A DNA stretch of 32,000 nucleotides from an uncultured Methanosarcinales archaeon (GTDB taxonomy: Archaea; Nanobdellota; Nanobdellia; Woesearchaeales; JAHJBD01): positions 1-32,000 of the forward strand of contig CAZHRT010000010.1 of the NCBI GenBank assembly GCA_964534665.1, written 5' to 3'. Position 1 is the first letter of the stretch, and the number at the start of each line of letters is the position of its first letter. Below are positions 17,002 to 25,087 of the stretch, piece after piece. A model generated the notes under the pieces. The model made no database searches and had not been told where the DNA came from. It saw only the letters and a list, made by a program, of their open reading frames with translations. The position numbers and the translations under genes were made by a program.

Positions 17002-18128
17002 AAGGTGTTGGTTGTACACCATATAGGATTCATGAGAAAAAATCACATATGTTAGCTTATGATGCGATTAGTCAAGCCTTAAAAGATGCTGATACGTCTT
17101 TAGATAAGATTGATGGTATTGTTTGTAGTACGTTAGAATGGTTTTTTACTGAGGAAAATCAAAGACATTTTGCTGCAATGCTTTCTGGTTTGTTAAAAAC
17201 TAATAAACCAATAATAAGGGTGCCTGCTGCTTGTGCTGGAGGGGGAACAGCCTTATGGACAGCTAATAAAATGGGATTTGATAATGTATTGGTTGTTGGT
17301 GTTGAAAAACTACATGGACATACAAGAAATACTGATATGATTACAAAAGAATTTGGTATGGCTGCTGAATCTAAATGGGAGCAAACTGAAGGTGTTAATT
17401 TTCCTGGAGAAAATGCTTTAGTTGCACAAGCATACCTTAACAAATTTCCCGAAACAACTATGAATGATCTTGCTTTGATATCGTTAAAGAATCATGAAAA
17501 TGCTTTTTTAAATCCTAATGCTTATTTTTATGGGAAAAAAGTTAACTTGGATCAAATTAAGAATTCACCAATAATAACTTCGCCATTAAGATTATTTGAT
17601 TGTAGTGTAAGTGTTGATGGGGCTGCAGCTGTTGTTTTATCTAAAGATAAAACAGATGTTAAAATTGCAGGGTCATCATTATGTTCTGATTACCTTCCGC
17701 CTTTTGAAAGGGATGATATGACAACATGGGAAGGAACATTAAGAACTGGCAATGAAGTTTTTGAGCAAACAGGTTTAGAAAGAAGTGAGATTGATTTTGC
17801 TGAATTACATGATGCTTTTACAATAGTTGAACTATTAACATACGAAGATCTTGGTTTTTGTAAGAAAGGGGAAGCGTATAAAATGATTAGGGATGGTAGA
17901 TTTAAGATTGATGGAAAGATGCCTGTAAATGTTTCTGGTGGATTAAAAGCTAAAGGGCATCCTGTTTCTGCAACTGGTCTTGGAATGATATATGAGATTG
18001 TTAAACAAATACGTGGTGAATCTGGTGATAGACAAATTAGTAAAACTAGAAATGCGCTTGCCCATAATATTGGTGGAGCAGGTGGTACAACCGCCGTACA
18101 CATACTAAAGAAAATTGGAGGGGTTTAA
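16992..18128 (+). CDS. Thiolase-family acyltransferase, archaeal SCPx-like type (paralog 2)
   Basis: VPAACAGGGTALWTAN, ELHDAFTIVE, GGLKAKGHPVSATGL and NIGGAGG. Very similar along its length to the 10319..11443 product. Confidence 0.88.
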   Translation: MYVKGVGCTPYRIHEKKSHMLAYDAISQALKDADTSLDKIDGIVCSTLEWFFTEENQRHFAAMLSGLLKTNKPIIRVPAACAGGGTALWTANKMGFDNVLVVGVEKLHGHTRNTDMITKEFGMAAESKWEQTEGVNFPGENALVAQAYLNKFPETTMNDLALISLKNHENAFLNPNAYFYGKKVNLDQIKNSPIITSPLRLFDCSVSVDGAAAVVLSKDKTDVKIAGSSLCSDYLPPFERDDMTTWEGTLRTGNEVFEQTGLERSEIDFAELHDAFTIVELLTYEDLGFCKKGEAYKMIRDGRFKIDGKMPVNVSGGLKAKGHPVSATGLGMIYEIVKQIRGESGDRQISKTRNALAHNIGGAGGTTAVHILKKIGGV

Positions 18129-18875
18129 ATGGAAGACTTAAAAGGTAAAACTGCATTAATAACTGGTGGTTCTCAAGGTATAGGTAAAGCTATTGCTATA
18201 GCAATGGCAAAAGAGGGTGCTAATATTATTATCAATGATATTGAACCTGCAAAAGAAGGGGCTGAAGCAACAGTTGCTGAATTAAAAGAATTTGGTGTTG
18301 ATGCTATGGCAGCTTATGCAGATGTTTCAGATTTTGAACAAGTTAAATCTATGGTTGAACAAATTAAAGAAAAATTCCCAGTAATTAATGTATTGGTAAA
18401 TAATGCAGGAATAACTAAAGATAGAACATTAAAAAAGATGACTCCTGAAGAATGGAATGCTGTAATAAATGTTAATCTTAATTCAATCTATAATGTAACG
18501 CATAATGTTTTGGGGCTTATACCTGAAGGTGGTTCGATTATATCTTTATCTTCTATTGCTGGAGTTGGAGGAAATTTTGGACAGTGCAATTATGCATCAA
18601 CTAAAGCCGGGATTATTGGATTTACAAAGTCTCTTGCAAAAGAGTTAGGAAAAATGAAGATTACTGTTAATGCGATTGCCCCAGGATTTATCAAAAGTAA
18701 GATGACTGATAAAATCCCTGTAATGATGCTTGATCAAATATTGGACTTAATACCTTCAAAAGAGATGGGACAGCCTGAAGATGTTGCTAATTTAGCAGTG
18801 TTTTTGGCATCTAATAAGGGTAAATATGTAAATTCTCAAGTAATCAGAGTAGATGGCGGCATGATGTTTGGTTGA
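18129..18875 (+). CDS. fabG: 3-oxoacyl-thioester reductase (short-chain dehydrogenase, FabG/PhaB-like)
   Basis: ALITGGSQGIGKAIAIAMAKEGA, VLVNNAGITKDRTLKKM, SLSSIAGVGGNFGQCNYASTKAG, GFIKSKMTDKIP, VIRVDGGMMF. Confidence 0.9.
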   Translation: MEDLKGKTALITGGSQGIGKAIAIAMAKEGANIIINDIEPAKEGAEATVAELKEFGVDAMAAYADVSDFEQVKSMVEQIKEKFPVINVLVNNAGITKDRTLKKMTPEEWNAVINVNLNSIYNVTHNVLGLIPEGGSIISLSSIAGVGGNFGQCNYASTKAGIIGFTKSLAKELGKMKITVNAIAPGFIKSKMTDKIPVMMLDQILDLIPSKEMGQPEDVANLAVFLASNKGKYVNSQVIRVDGGMMFG

Positions 18876-18927
18876 GTACAATAAACTTTAAATAGGGTTT
18901 TTATTTACCTTCTTTAGGGGATATAAC

Positions 18928-20082
18928 TTGGATTTTAATTATACTAAAAAACAATTAATGCTTTACCACACTATTAGGAATTTTGTAGAGAAAGAAATTA
19001 TTCCTTATGCTCAAGATATTGATCATGAAGAAATATTTCCAATCGAACAAATTAAGAAATTAGCTAAGATGGGCGTTATGGGGATGTCTATACCTAAAAA
19101 GTATGGTGGGGCTGAACTTGATAATGTTTCTCAAACTATAATTATGGAAGAAGTTAGTCGTGCTTGTGCTTCAACTTCTGTTACAATGGGGGCACATACT
19201 TCTTTATGTTGTTATCCAATTGTAAATCATGGTACTAATGCTCAAAAAGAAAGGTGGTTACCTAAACTTGCTTCAGGCGAGTGGTTAGGTGCTTTTGCGC
19301 TTACAGAACCAAATGCTGGTTCTGATGCTGTTAATGTACAAACAACTGCTGTTAGAGATGGAGACGATTACATAATTAATGGTAACAAAGTTTTTATTAC
19401 AAATGGTGGAAAATGTGATTTTGTTCCAATTGTTTGTACAACTGATCCTTCTGCTAAACATAAGGGATTAGCTATTTTTGGGATTGAAACAAAAAATACT
19501 CCAGGATTTAAAGTTGGGAAGAAAGAGGATAAGCTGGGTTTAAGAGGTTCAAATACTTGTGAACTTGTGTTTGAAGATATGCGTGTTCCAAAAGAAAATT
19601 TAGTTAGTGGTAAAGAAGGCGAAGGCTTTAAGATTTCTATGGGTGTATTTAATTCTGGAAGGATTGGAATTGGAGTACAGGGTGTTGGAATTGCACAAGC
19701 AGCATTTGATGAATGTATGAAATATGTTAGTGAAAGAGAACAGTTTGGAAGGCCTTTAAAGAAATTTCAAGCTATACAGTTTCAGATGGCTGAAATGGCA
19801 ACTAAAATTGAAGCTGCTCGTTTATTATGTTTGAAAGCTGCACATGTAAAAGATCAAGGTAAAAATTATATCAAACATGCTGCAATGGCTAAATATTATG
19901 GAAGCGATGTTTCAATGGAAGTTACAAGACAAGCTATACAAATACATGGTGGTTATGGTTATATGAAAGATTATCCATTAGAAAGATTTTACAGAGATGC
20001 AAAGATTACTGAGATTTATGAAGGTACAACAGAAATCCAAAAATTAGTTATTGGAAATGAATTGTTTGGGAGAGGTTTTTAA
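18928..20082 (+). CDS. Acyl-CoA dehydrogenase (short/medium-chain or butyryl-CoA type), TTG start
   Basis: MDFNYTKKQLMLYHTIRNFVEKEI, GAFALTEPNAGSDA, NGNKVFITNGG, GSNTCELVFEDMRVP, GRPLKKFQAIQFQMAEM, QIHGGYGYMKDYPLERFYRDAKITEIYEGTTEIQKLVI (the catalytic Glu lies in YEGT). Confidence 0.93.
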   Translation: MDFNYTKKQLMLYHTIRNFVEKEIIPYAQDIDHEEIFPIEQIKKLAKMGVMGMSIPKKYGGAELDNVSQTIIMEEVSRACASTSVTMGAHTSLCCYPIVNHGTNAQKERWLPKLASGEWLGAFALTEPNAGSDAVNVQTTAVRDGDDYIINGNKVFITNGGKCDFVPIVCTTDPSAKHKGLAIFGIETKNTPGFKVGKKEDKLGLRGSNTCELVFEDMRVPKENLVSGKEGEGFKISMGVFNSGRIGIGVQGVGIAQAAFDECMKYVSEREQFGRPLKKFQAIQFQMAEMATKIEAARLLCLKAAHVKDQGKNYIKHAAMAKYYGSDVSMEVTRQAIQIHGGYGYMKDYPLERFYRDAKITEIYEGTTEIQKLVIGNELFGRGF

Positions 20083-20085
20083 TGA

Positions 20086-20131
20086 CTCAAAAATTCTTTT
20101 TTGAGGGATTGGAAATCACCAAAGGTGATTT
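20086..20131 (+). promoter_or_regulatory. Two tandem hairpins in the acyl-CoA dehydrogenase/etfB intergenic region
   Basis: CTCAAAAA-TTCT-TTTTTGAG (20086-20105) and AAATCACC-AAA-GGTGATTT (20113-20131). The second 3' arm contains the GGTG segment a few nt upstream of the etfB ATG at 20135. Confidence 0.5.
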
Positions 20132-20134
20132 TCA

Positions 20135-20917
20135 ATGAACATCATTGTTTGTGTAAAACAAGTACCTGATACAAATGATATTAAGATTGATCCTGTTAAA
20201 GGGACTTTAATTAGAGAGGGAGTTCCATCAATTATCAATCCAGAAGATAATAATGCTATTGAGGCGGCTTTGCAAATAAAAGGTGAAGGTAAAGTTACTG
20301 TTCTTTCAATGGGGCCACCACAAGCTGAAGAAGCTTTAAGGGAAGCTATTGCAATGGGTGTTGATGAAGCTATTCTTGTCTCAGATTTTAAGTTTGCTGG
20401 TTCTGATACATGGGCAACTGCAAATGTATTGGCAAGTGCTGTTAAGAAATTAGACTATGACCTAATAATTTGTGGAAGGCAAGCAATTGATGGGGATACT
20501 GCACAAGTGGGTCCCCAATTAGCTGAAAATTTGGGTTTACCACAAATCACTTATGTTCAAAAAATTGAAGTTGGAGAGGGTGTATTAAAAGTTCAAAGAG
20601 CTCTTGAAGATGGATATGAAATAATAGAAGGAAAGTTGCCTGTTTTAATAACCGTAGTAAAAGAAATTAACAATCCAAGATATCCAACATTACAAGGAAT
20701 TGATAAAGCTTATGAAACTGATATTATTAAATGGACAGCAGATGATATTGAAGCAGATCCTGCAAAAATTGGACTTAAAGGTTCTCCAACACATGTAAAA
20801 AAGAGTTTTGTTCCTCCTGGAAAAGGCCAAGGAATAAAATTAGATGGACCTACTAAAGATATTGCAAAACAATTAATTGGAATCTTAAAAGAAAAAGAGA
20901 TTATCCAAGAATTTTAA
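20135..20917 (+). CDS. etfB: Electron transfer flavoprotein beta subunit
   Basis: MNIIVCVKQVPDTNDIKIDPVKGTLIREGVPSIINPEDNNAIEAAL, GSDTWATANVLA, CGRQAIDGDTAQVGPQLAENLG. Confidence 0.93.
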   Translation: MNIIVCVKQVPDTNDIKIDPVKGTLIREGVPSIINPEDNNAIEAALQIKGEGKVTVLSMGPPQAEEALREAIAMGVDEAILVSDFKFAGSDTWATANVLASAVKKLDYDLIICGRQAIDGDTAQVGPQLAENLGLPQITYVQKIEVGEGVLKVQRALEDGYEIIEGKLPVLITVVKEINNPRYPTLQGIDKAYETDIIKWTADDIEADPAKIGLKGSPTHVKKSFVPPGKGQGIKLDGPTKDIAKQLIGILKEKEIIQEF

Positions 20918-20918
20918 A

Positions 20919-22088
20919 ATGGTAAAAATAAAATTAACTGATAATTATCCTGGATCAACACTTACAATAGATGGTGTTATGCTTAGTTTAGGAGATGATT
21001 TTGTTGATGTTGAGAAATCATTAGATTTACAGCAAGCACTTAATAATGGTTATGTTGAAATTCAAGAAGAAAAAGAAGAGAATAAAGTTGAGGAAGTAAA
21101 AGAAGGTGAAGAAGTTTGGATTTTTGCAGAACAGCGTGCAGGAAAATTTGCTAGAGTTGCACTTGAGCTTTTAGGAAAAGCACGTGAGTTAGCAGATCAT
21201 CAAGGTGTTAAAGTTGGTGCTTTGTTATTATGTGATAAAGATTGCGGATTATCCTCAGAATTAATTTCTAGGGGTGCAGATAAAGTTTATCTAGCTGAAT
21301 CTGAGAAATTTAAGAATTATGAAACTTTAAATTTTACTAAAACTATTTGTGAAATTATAAATAAAGAAAAACCTCAAATTGTAATATATGGTGCAACACA
21401 TATTGGTAGAGATTTAGCACCAAGAATTGCTCAAAGGATTGCAACTGGTTTAACTGCTGATTGTACTGGTTTAAACATTGATGAAGATGGTTTATTGATA
21501 CAAACAAGGCCTGCTTTTGGTGGGAACTTAATGGCTGAAATTAAATGTCCTGAACATAAACCTCAAATGTCTACTGTAAGACCAGGTATTATGAAAATGC
21601 TTGACAAGACAGAAAGAGAAGGTTCTGTTGTTAAATGTGAAATTTCACTTGAGGAAGATGATAGAATCAAAGTTTTAGAAGTAATTAAAGAAACTAGGAA
21701 AGTTGCTAATCTTGAAGAAGCTGAAATAATTGTGTCTGGTGGACGAGGTGTTGGAAGTCCTGAAAATTTTAAACTTATTGAAGAGTTAGCAAAAGAGTTG
21801 GGTGCTGAGATTGGAGCGTCACGTGCAGTTATTGATGCTGGTTGGGTTCCAAAAGATCATCAAGTTGGACAAACAGGTAAAACAGTAACACCAAAATTAT
21901 ATTTGGCTTGTGGAATTTCTGGTGCTATTCAGCATAGGGCTGGAATGCAAAATTCTGATACAATTGTTGCTATTAATAAAGATCCTAATGCGATGATTTT
22001 TTCTGTTGCTGATTATGGCATTGTTGGTGATTTAAACAAGGTTATTCCGGCTTTAATTGAAGAGCTTAAGAATGGCAAAACTTTATAA
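20919..22088 (+). CDS. etfA: Electron transfer flavoprotein alpha subunit with an N-terminal extension of about 65 aa
   Basis: EVWIFAEQRAGKFARVALELLGKARELAD, PAFGGNLMAEI, RPGIM, IIVSGGRGVGSPENF, GASRAVIDAGWVPKDHQVGQTGKTVTPKLYLACGISGAIQHRAGM, SVADYGIVGDLNKVIPAL. Confidence 0.93.
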   Translation: MVKIKLTDNYPGSTLTIDGVMLSLGDDFVDVEKSLDLQQALNNGYVEIQEEKEENKVEEVKEGEEVWIFAEQRAGKFARVALELLGKARELADHQGVKVGALLLCDKDCGLSSELISRGADKVYLAESEKFKNYETLNFTKTICEIINKEKPQIVIYGATHIGRDLAPRIAQRIATGLTADCTGLNIDEDGLLIQTRPAFGGNLMAEIKCPEHKPQMSTVRPGIMKMLDKTEREGSVVKCEISLEEDDRIKVLEVIKETRKVANLEEAEIIVSGGRGVGSPENFKLIEELAKELGAEIGASRAVIDAGWVPKDHQVGQTGKTVTPKLYLACGISGAIQHRAGMQNSDTIVAINKDPNAMIFSVADYGIVGDLNKVIPALIEELKNGKTL

Positions 22089-22113
22089 GTGCTATTAGTT
22101 CTAAATAGATAAT

Positions 22114-22755
22114 ATGAAACCAAGTTTTGTTACAAAATTAAGTATACGGCTTGCCAAACTATGGGTAAGAAATATCTCTGGTCTAGAGAATATTCCAGAT
22201 AATGGCAAGTTTATAATCGCAGCAAACCATTCTAGTTTTTTAGATGATTTTCTAATGCCTGGAATTGCAATACTAAAAATAAAAAAACTTGTACATATGT
22301 ATTGTAATGATAGGTTCTATAAAAATAAAATCTTTGCAGCATATCTAAATTCTTCTCAGTGCATACCCATTTCAATACAGACAAAGAATAAAGATACTAA
22401 CAAAAAAGCTTTTGAAACAGCATTAAATCATCTTAAAAACAACGAACCAATAGGCATCTTCCCAGAAGGTGGCCGTTCTAAGAATGGTGAACTTAAGGAA
22501 GCAAGAACAGGAATTGCAAAACTTGCATTAACAGCAAAAGTTCCTATATTACCTATTGGACTCGCAGGTTCATATGATGTATTTCCTAGGAATGTAAAAT
22601 TTCCAAAATTTAAACGATGTGAGATAAAAATAGGTAAGCCAATTTACTTGGATAAATATTATGAAGAATCAGATAACCAGAAAGTTCTTAAAGATATAAC
22701 TACAAAAATAATGAAAGAAATAGCTAAATTAACCGGACAGGAGTATAATTATTAA
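22114..22755 (+). CDS. PlsC-like 1-acylglycerol-3-phosphate/glycerol-phosphate acyltransferase (paralog 1)
   Basis: IIAANHSSFLDDF (NHx4D) and GIFPEGGRSKNGEL plus GIAKLALTAKVPILPIGLAGS, which are LPLAT-family motifs I, III and IV. Confidence 0.9.
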   Translation: MKPSFVTKLSIRLAKLWVRNISGLENIPDNGKFIIAANHSSFLDDFLMPGIAILKIKKLVHMYCNDRFYKNKIFAAYLNSSQCIPISIQTKNKDTNKKAFETALNHLKNNEPIGIFPEGGRSKNGELKEARTGIAKLALTAKVPILPIGLAGSYDVFPRNVKFPKFKRCEIKIGKPIYLDKYYEESDNQKVLKDITTKIMKEIAKLTGQEYNY

Positions 22756-22756
22756 A

Positions 22757-23389
22757 ATGGTATATTTAATTTCAAAAAAGATTATATCTGGAATAATGAA
22801 GTTCTGGACAAAAGAAGTTATTGGATTAGAAAATCTTCCAAAAAAAAAGTTTGGGTTCATTGTAGCTGCTAATCATGGAAGTTATTTAGATCATTTTTTT
22901 ATTGGAACTATTATAACACCTAAACTTAATAGGGCAATACATTTTTTAGCTAAAAAAGAGCACTTTGATAGTTTTATACAAAGAAAATGGCATAATTACC
23001 TTCAAGCTATTCCAATTGATAGGCAGGCTGGTGGTAAAGAAGCGTTAAAACATGCTATTGATGCATTGCAAGAAGGCAAAATCATCTCAATTTATCCAGA
23101 AGGAACAATAACATTAACAGGAAAAATTCAAGAAGGTAAAACCGGTGTTGCTAGGTTAGCTATTGCTGCTAAAGTTCCTGTTTTACCAATTGGAATAAAT
23201 GGATCATTTGAAATACTACCAAAAGGTAAATGGATACCTAAATTTAAAAGAGCAACAATTAAAATAGGAAAATTAATGTATTTTGATAAATATTATGGGA
23301 AAGATGAAGATAGAAAAGTTACAAGAGAAGTAACGGATAATATTATGAAAGAAATAGGAAAGTTAGCAGGAAAGAGGTATAAAGAATGA
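22757..23389 (+). CDS. PlsC-like 1-acylglycerol-3-phosphate/glycerol-phosphate acyltransferase (paralog 2)
   Basis: IVAANHGSYLDHF (NHx4D), ISIYPEGTITLTGKIQEGKTGVARLAIAAKVPVLPIGINGS. Confidence 0.9.
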   Translation: MVYLISKKIISGIMKFWTKEVIGLENLPKKKFGFIVAANHGSYLDHFFIGTIITPKLNRAIHFLAKKEHFDSFIQRKWHNYLQAIPIDRQAGGKEALKHAIDALQEGKIISIYPEGTITLTGKIQEGKTGVARLAIAAKVPVLPIGINGSFEILPKGKWIPKFKRATIKIGKLMYFDKYYGKDEDRKVTREVTDNIMKEIGKLAGKRYKE

Positions 23390-24357
23390 TTGCTGTAATT
23401 GGTGCTGGGTCTTGGGGAACAACACTTGCTAGAATTCTAGCTTTGAATGGGCATTCGGTAAAGTTGTGGGTTAGAGAAAAAGAATTATTTGATATTCTAG
23501 AAAAAGAAAAAGAGAATACTTGGTTTTTAAAAGGTATTAAATTACCAAATAATATTACTTTTGTTAATGATTTTAAAAAAGTTAATGGTTGTGAATATGT
23601 TGTTACTGCCATACCTTGTCAATATGTTCGTGGTGTATTAACTAAGTTCGCACCTTTTATATCTAAGAATGCAAAAATAATTAATGTTGCAAAAGGAATT
23701 GAACAAGGAACTTTCAAAAGGATTTCTTCAATAATAAAAGAGATTTTACCAAATAAGATTGTTGCTGTTATGTCTGGACCTAATCATGCTGAAGAAGTAA
23801 GTAAAGAATTGCCAACTGCAACAGTAATTGCACATAAAGACAAAAGTGTTTGTGAAGAATTTTGTAAGTTATTTGCAACATCCAATTTTAAAGTTTATCC
23901 ACATGATGATATTATTGGTGTGGAAGTATGTGCGGCTGTAAAAAATATTACTGCAATTGCAACTGGTGTTGTTGCAGGGATTGGTTTTGGTGATAATGCG
24001 ATGGGTGCAATAATGACTTATGGATTAATGGAAATGAATACTGTTGCAAAATTCTTAGGTGGAAAACAAAAAACAATCTATGGTCTTGCAGGGGTTGGTG
24101 ATTTAATTGCAACTTGTAGTTCTAAACATAGTAGAAATAGGTTTACTGGTCAAAAGATTGCAGAAGGCAAAAGTTATGATGAAATCTACAAAGAAATGGG
24201 TGGCATGGTAGCTGAAGGTGTCCATACTGCTAAAGCTGTTCATGAATTTGCTATTAAGAATGAACTTAACTTACCATTAACTACTCAAACATACAAAGTA
24301 TTATTTGAAAATAAAAATTTAAAAGAAGCAGTATCAGATTTAAAAAATCTGATATGA
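23386..24357 (+). CDS. gpsA: NAD(P)-dependent sn-glycerol-3-phosphate dehydrogenase (bacterial type)
   Basis: MIAVIGAGSWGTTLARILALNGHSVKLW, VAKGIEQGT, SGPNHAEEVSKELPTATVIA, AAVKNITAIATG, YGLAGVGDLIATCSSKHSRNRFTG are unambiguous GpsA signatures. Confidence 0.95.
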   Translation: MIAVIGAGSWGTTLARILALNGHSVKLWVREKELFDILEKEKENTWFLKGIKLPNNITFVNDFKKVNGCEYVVTAIPCQYVRGVLTKFAPFISKNAKIINVAKGIEQGTFKRISSIIKEILPNKIVAVMSGPNHAEEVSKELPTATVIAHKDKSVCEEFCKLFATSNFKVYPHDDIIGVEVCAAVKNITAIATGVVAGIGFGDNAMGAIMTYGLMEMNTVAKFLGGKQKTIYGLAGVGDLIATCSSKHSRNRFTGQKIAEGKSYDEIYKEMGGMVAEGVHTAKAVHEFAIKNELNLPLTTQTYKVLFENKNLKEAVSDLKNLI

Positions 24358-24358
24358 A

Positions 24359-24958
24359 TTATTCTTCACTAAAATCGTCTATGCTTCCTTTGAATTCTTC
24401 ATTTTTAGTAATAACTTTCCTTGCTTTAAGATATTCTCTAGCTAAAATCCAGAAAAATAAACCTAGACTTTTCTTTCCTTTGTTATTGCAGGGAATAACC
24501 AAGTCAATATTATTTGACTGGTTATTTGTATCACAAAGTGCCAGAACCGGAATTCCAACTTTAATTGCATCAAGAATTGCGTTTCTATCAGGCCAGCTAT
24601 CTGTAACTAGAATAACCTTTTTTTCTTGAAATATACTTAAACTTGAATTTGTAAGCATTCCTGGAGGATATCTTCCTGCAACAACTTCAACACCTGTCGC
24701 TTTACTAAATGCTTTTACTGATTTCCAACCATTTTCCCTTCTTGATACAATTAAGATGTCTTCGGGTTCATAATGAGATAAAAAGTTTGCAGCAATTTGT
24801 ATTCTTTCATTAATTTTTTGAAGGTTCAAAACTGATAAACCATCAGGTCTTGTTTTGTAAATGAATTGTTCCATGTATCTTGTTTTGAATTTTGTACCTA
24901 TATGGATCCCTGATTTTAGGTATAAATCTTGTGCTACTAAAAATTGTTCATCTGCCAT
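24359..24958 (-). CDS. rps2: Archaeal 30S ribosomal protein uS2
   Basis: GIHIGTKFKTRYMEQFIYKTRPDGLSVLNLQKINERI, RYPPGMLTN, VTDSWPDRNAILDAIKVGIPVLALCDTNN, VIPCNNKGKKSLGLFFWILARE. Confidence 0.95.
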   Translation of the reverse strand: MADEQFLVAQDLYLKSGIHIGTKFKTRYMEQFIYKTRPDGLSVLNLQKINERIQIAANFLSHYEPEDILIVSRRENGWKSVKAFSKATGVEVVAGRYPPGMLTNSSLSIFQEKKVILVTDSWPDRNAILDAIKVGIPVLALCDTNNQSNNIDLVIPCNNKGKKSLGLFFWILAREYLKARKVITKNEEFKGSIDDFSEE

Positions 24959-25087
24959 TTTTATATGTCTCCTCTGCTTTTTTTATAACCTCAAGCAGCA
25001 TTGCTTTTTGCACATAGTCGTACATTAGCTTTGGTAATATATATTGGGAGTTATTTTGGGTTTATAAATATATCTGTATAAGGAGTA

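Noticed and set aside
4408-24357. Interpreting the locus as a simple fatty-acid beta-oxidation cluster
   Set aside because: Acyl-CoA dehydrogenase, ETF and thiolases fit degradation, but no acyl-CoA ligase, crotonase or HAD-type 3-hydroxyacyl-CoA dehydrogenase is present. FabZ, FabG, carboxylase subunits, PlsC and GpsA point to synthesis. Oxidative use cannot be excluded without biochemistry.
24959-25030. Possible N-terminal extension of uS2 or a 25-aa upstream peptide
   Set aside because: An in-frame stop (TAA on the minus strand at about 24983-24985) precedes the annotated uS2 start, and AGGAG lies just upstream of that ATG. The short overlapping frame has no supporting evidence.
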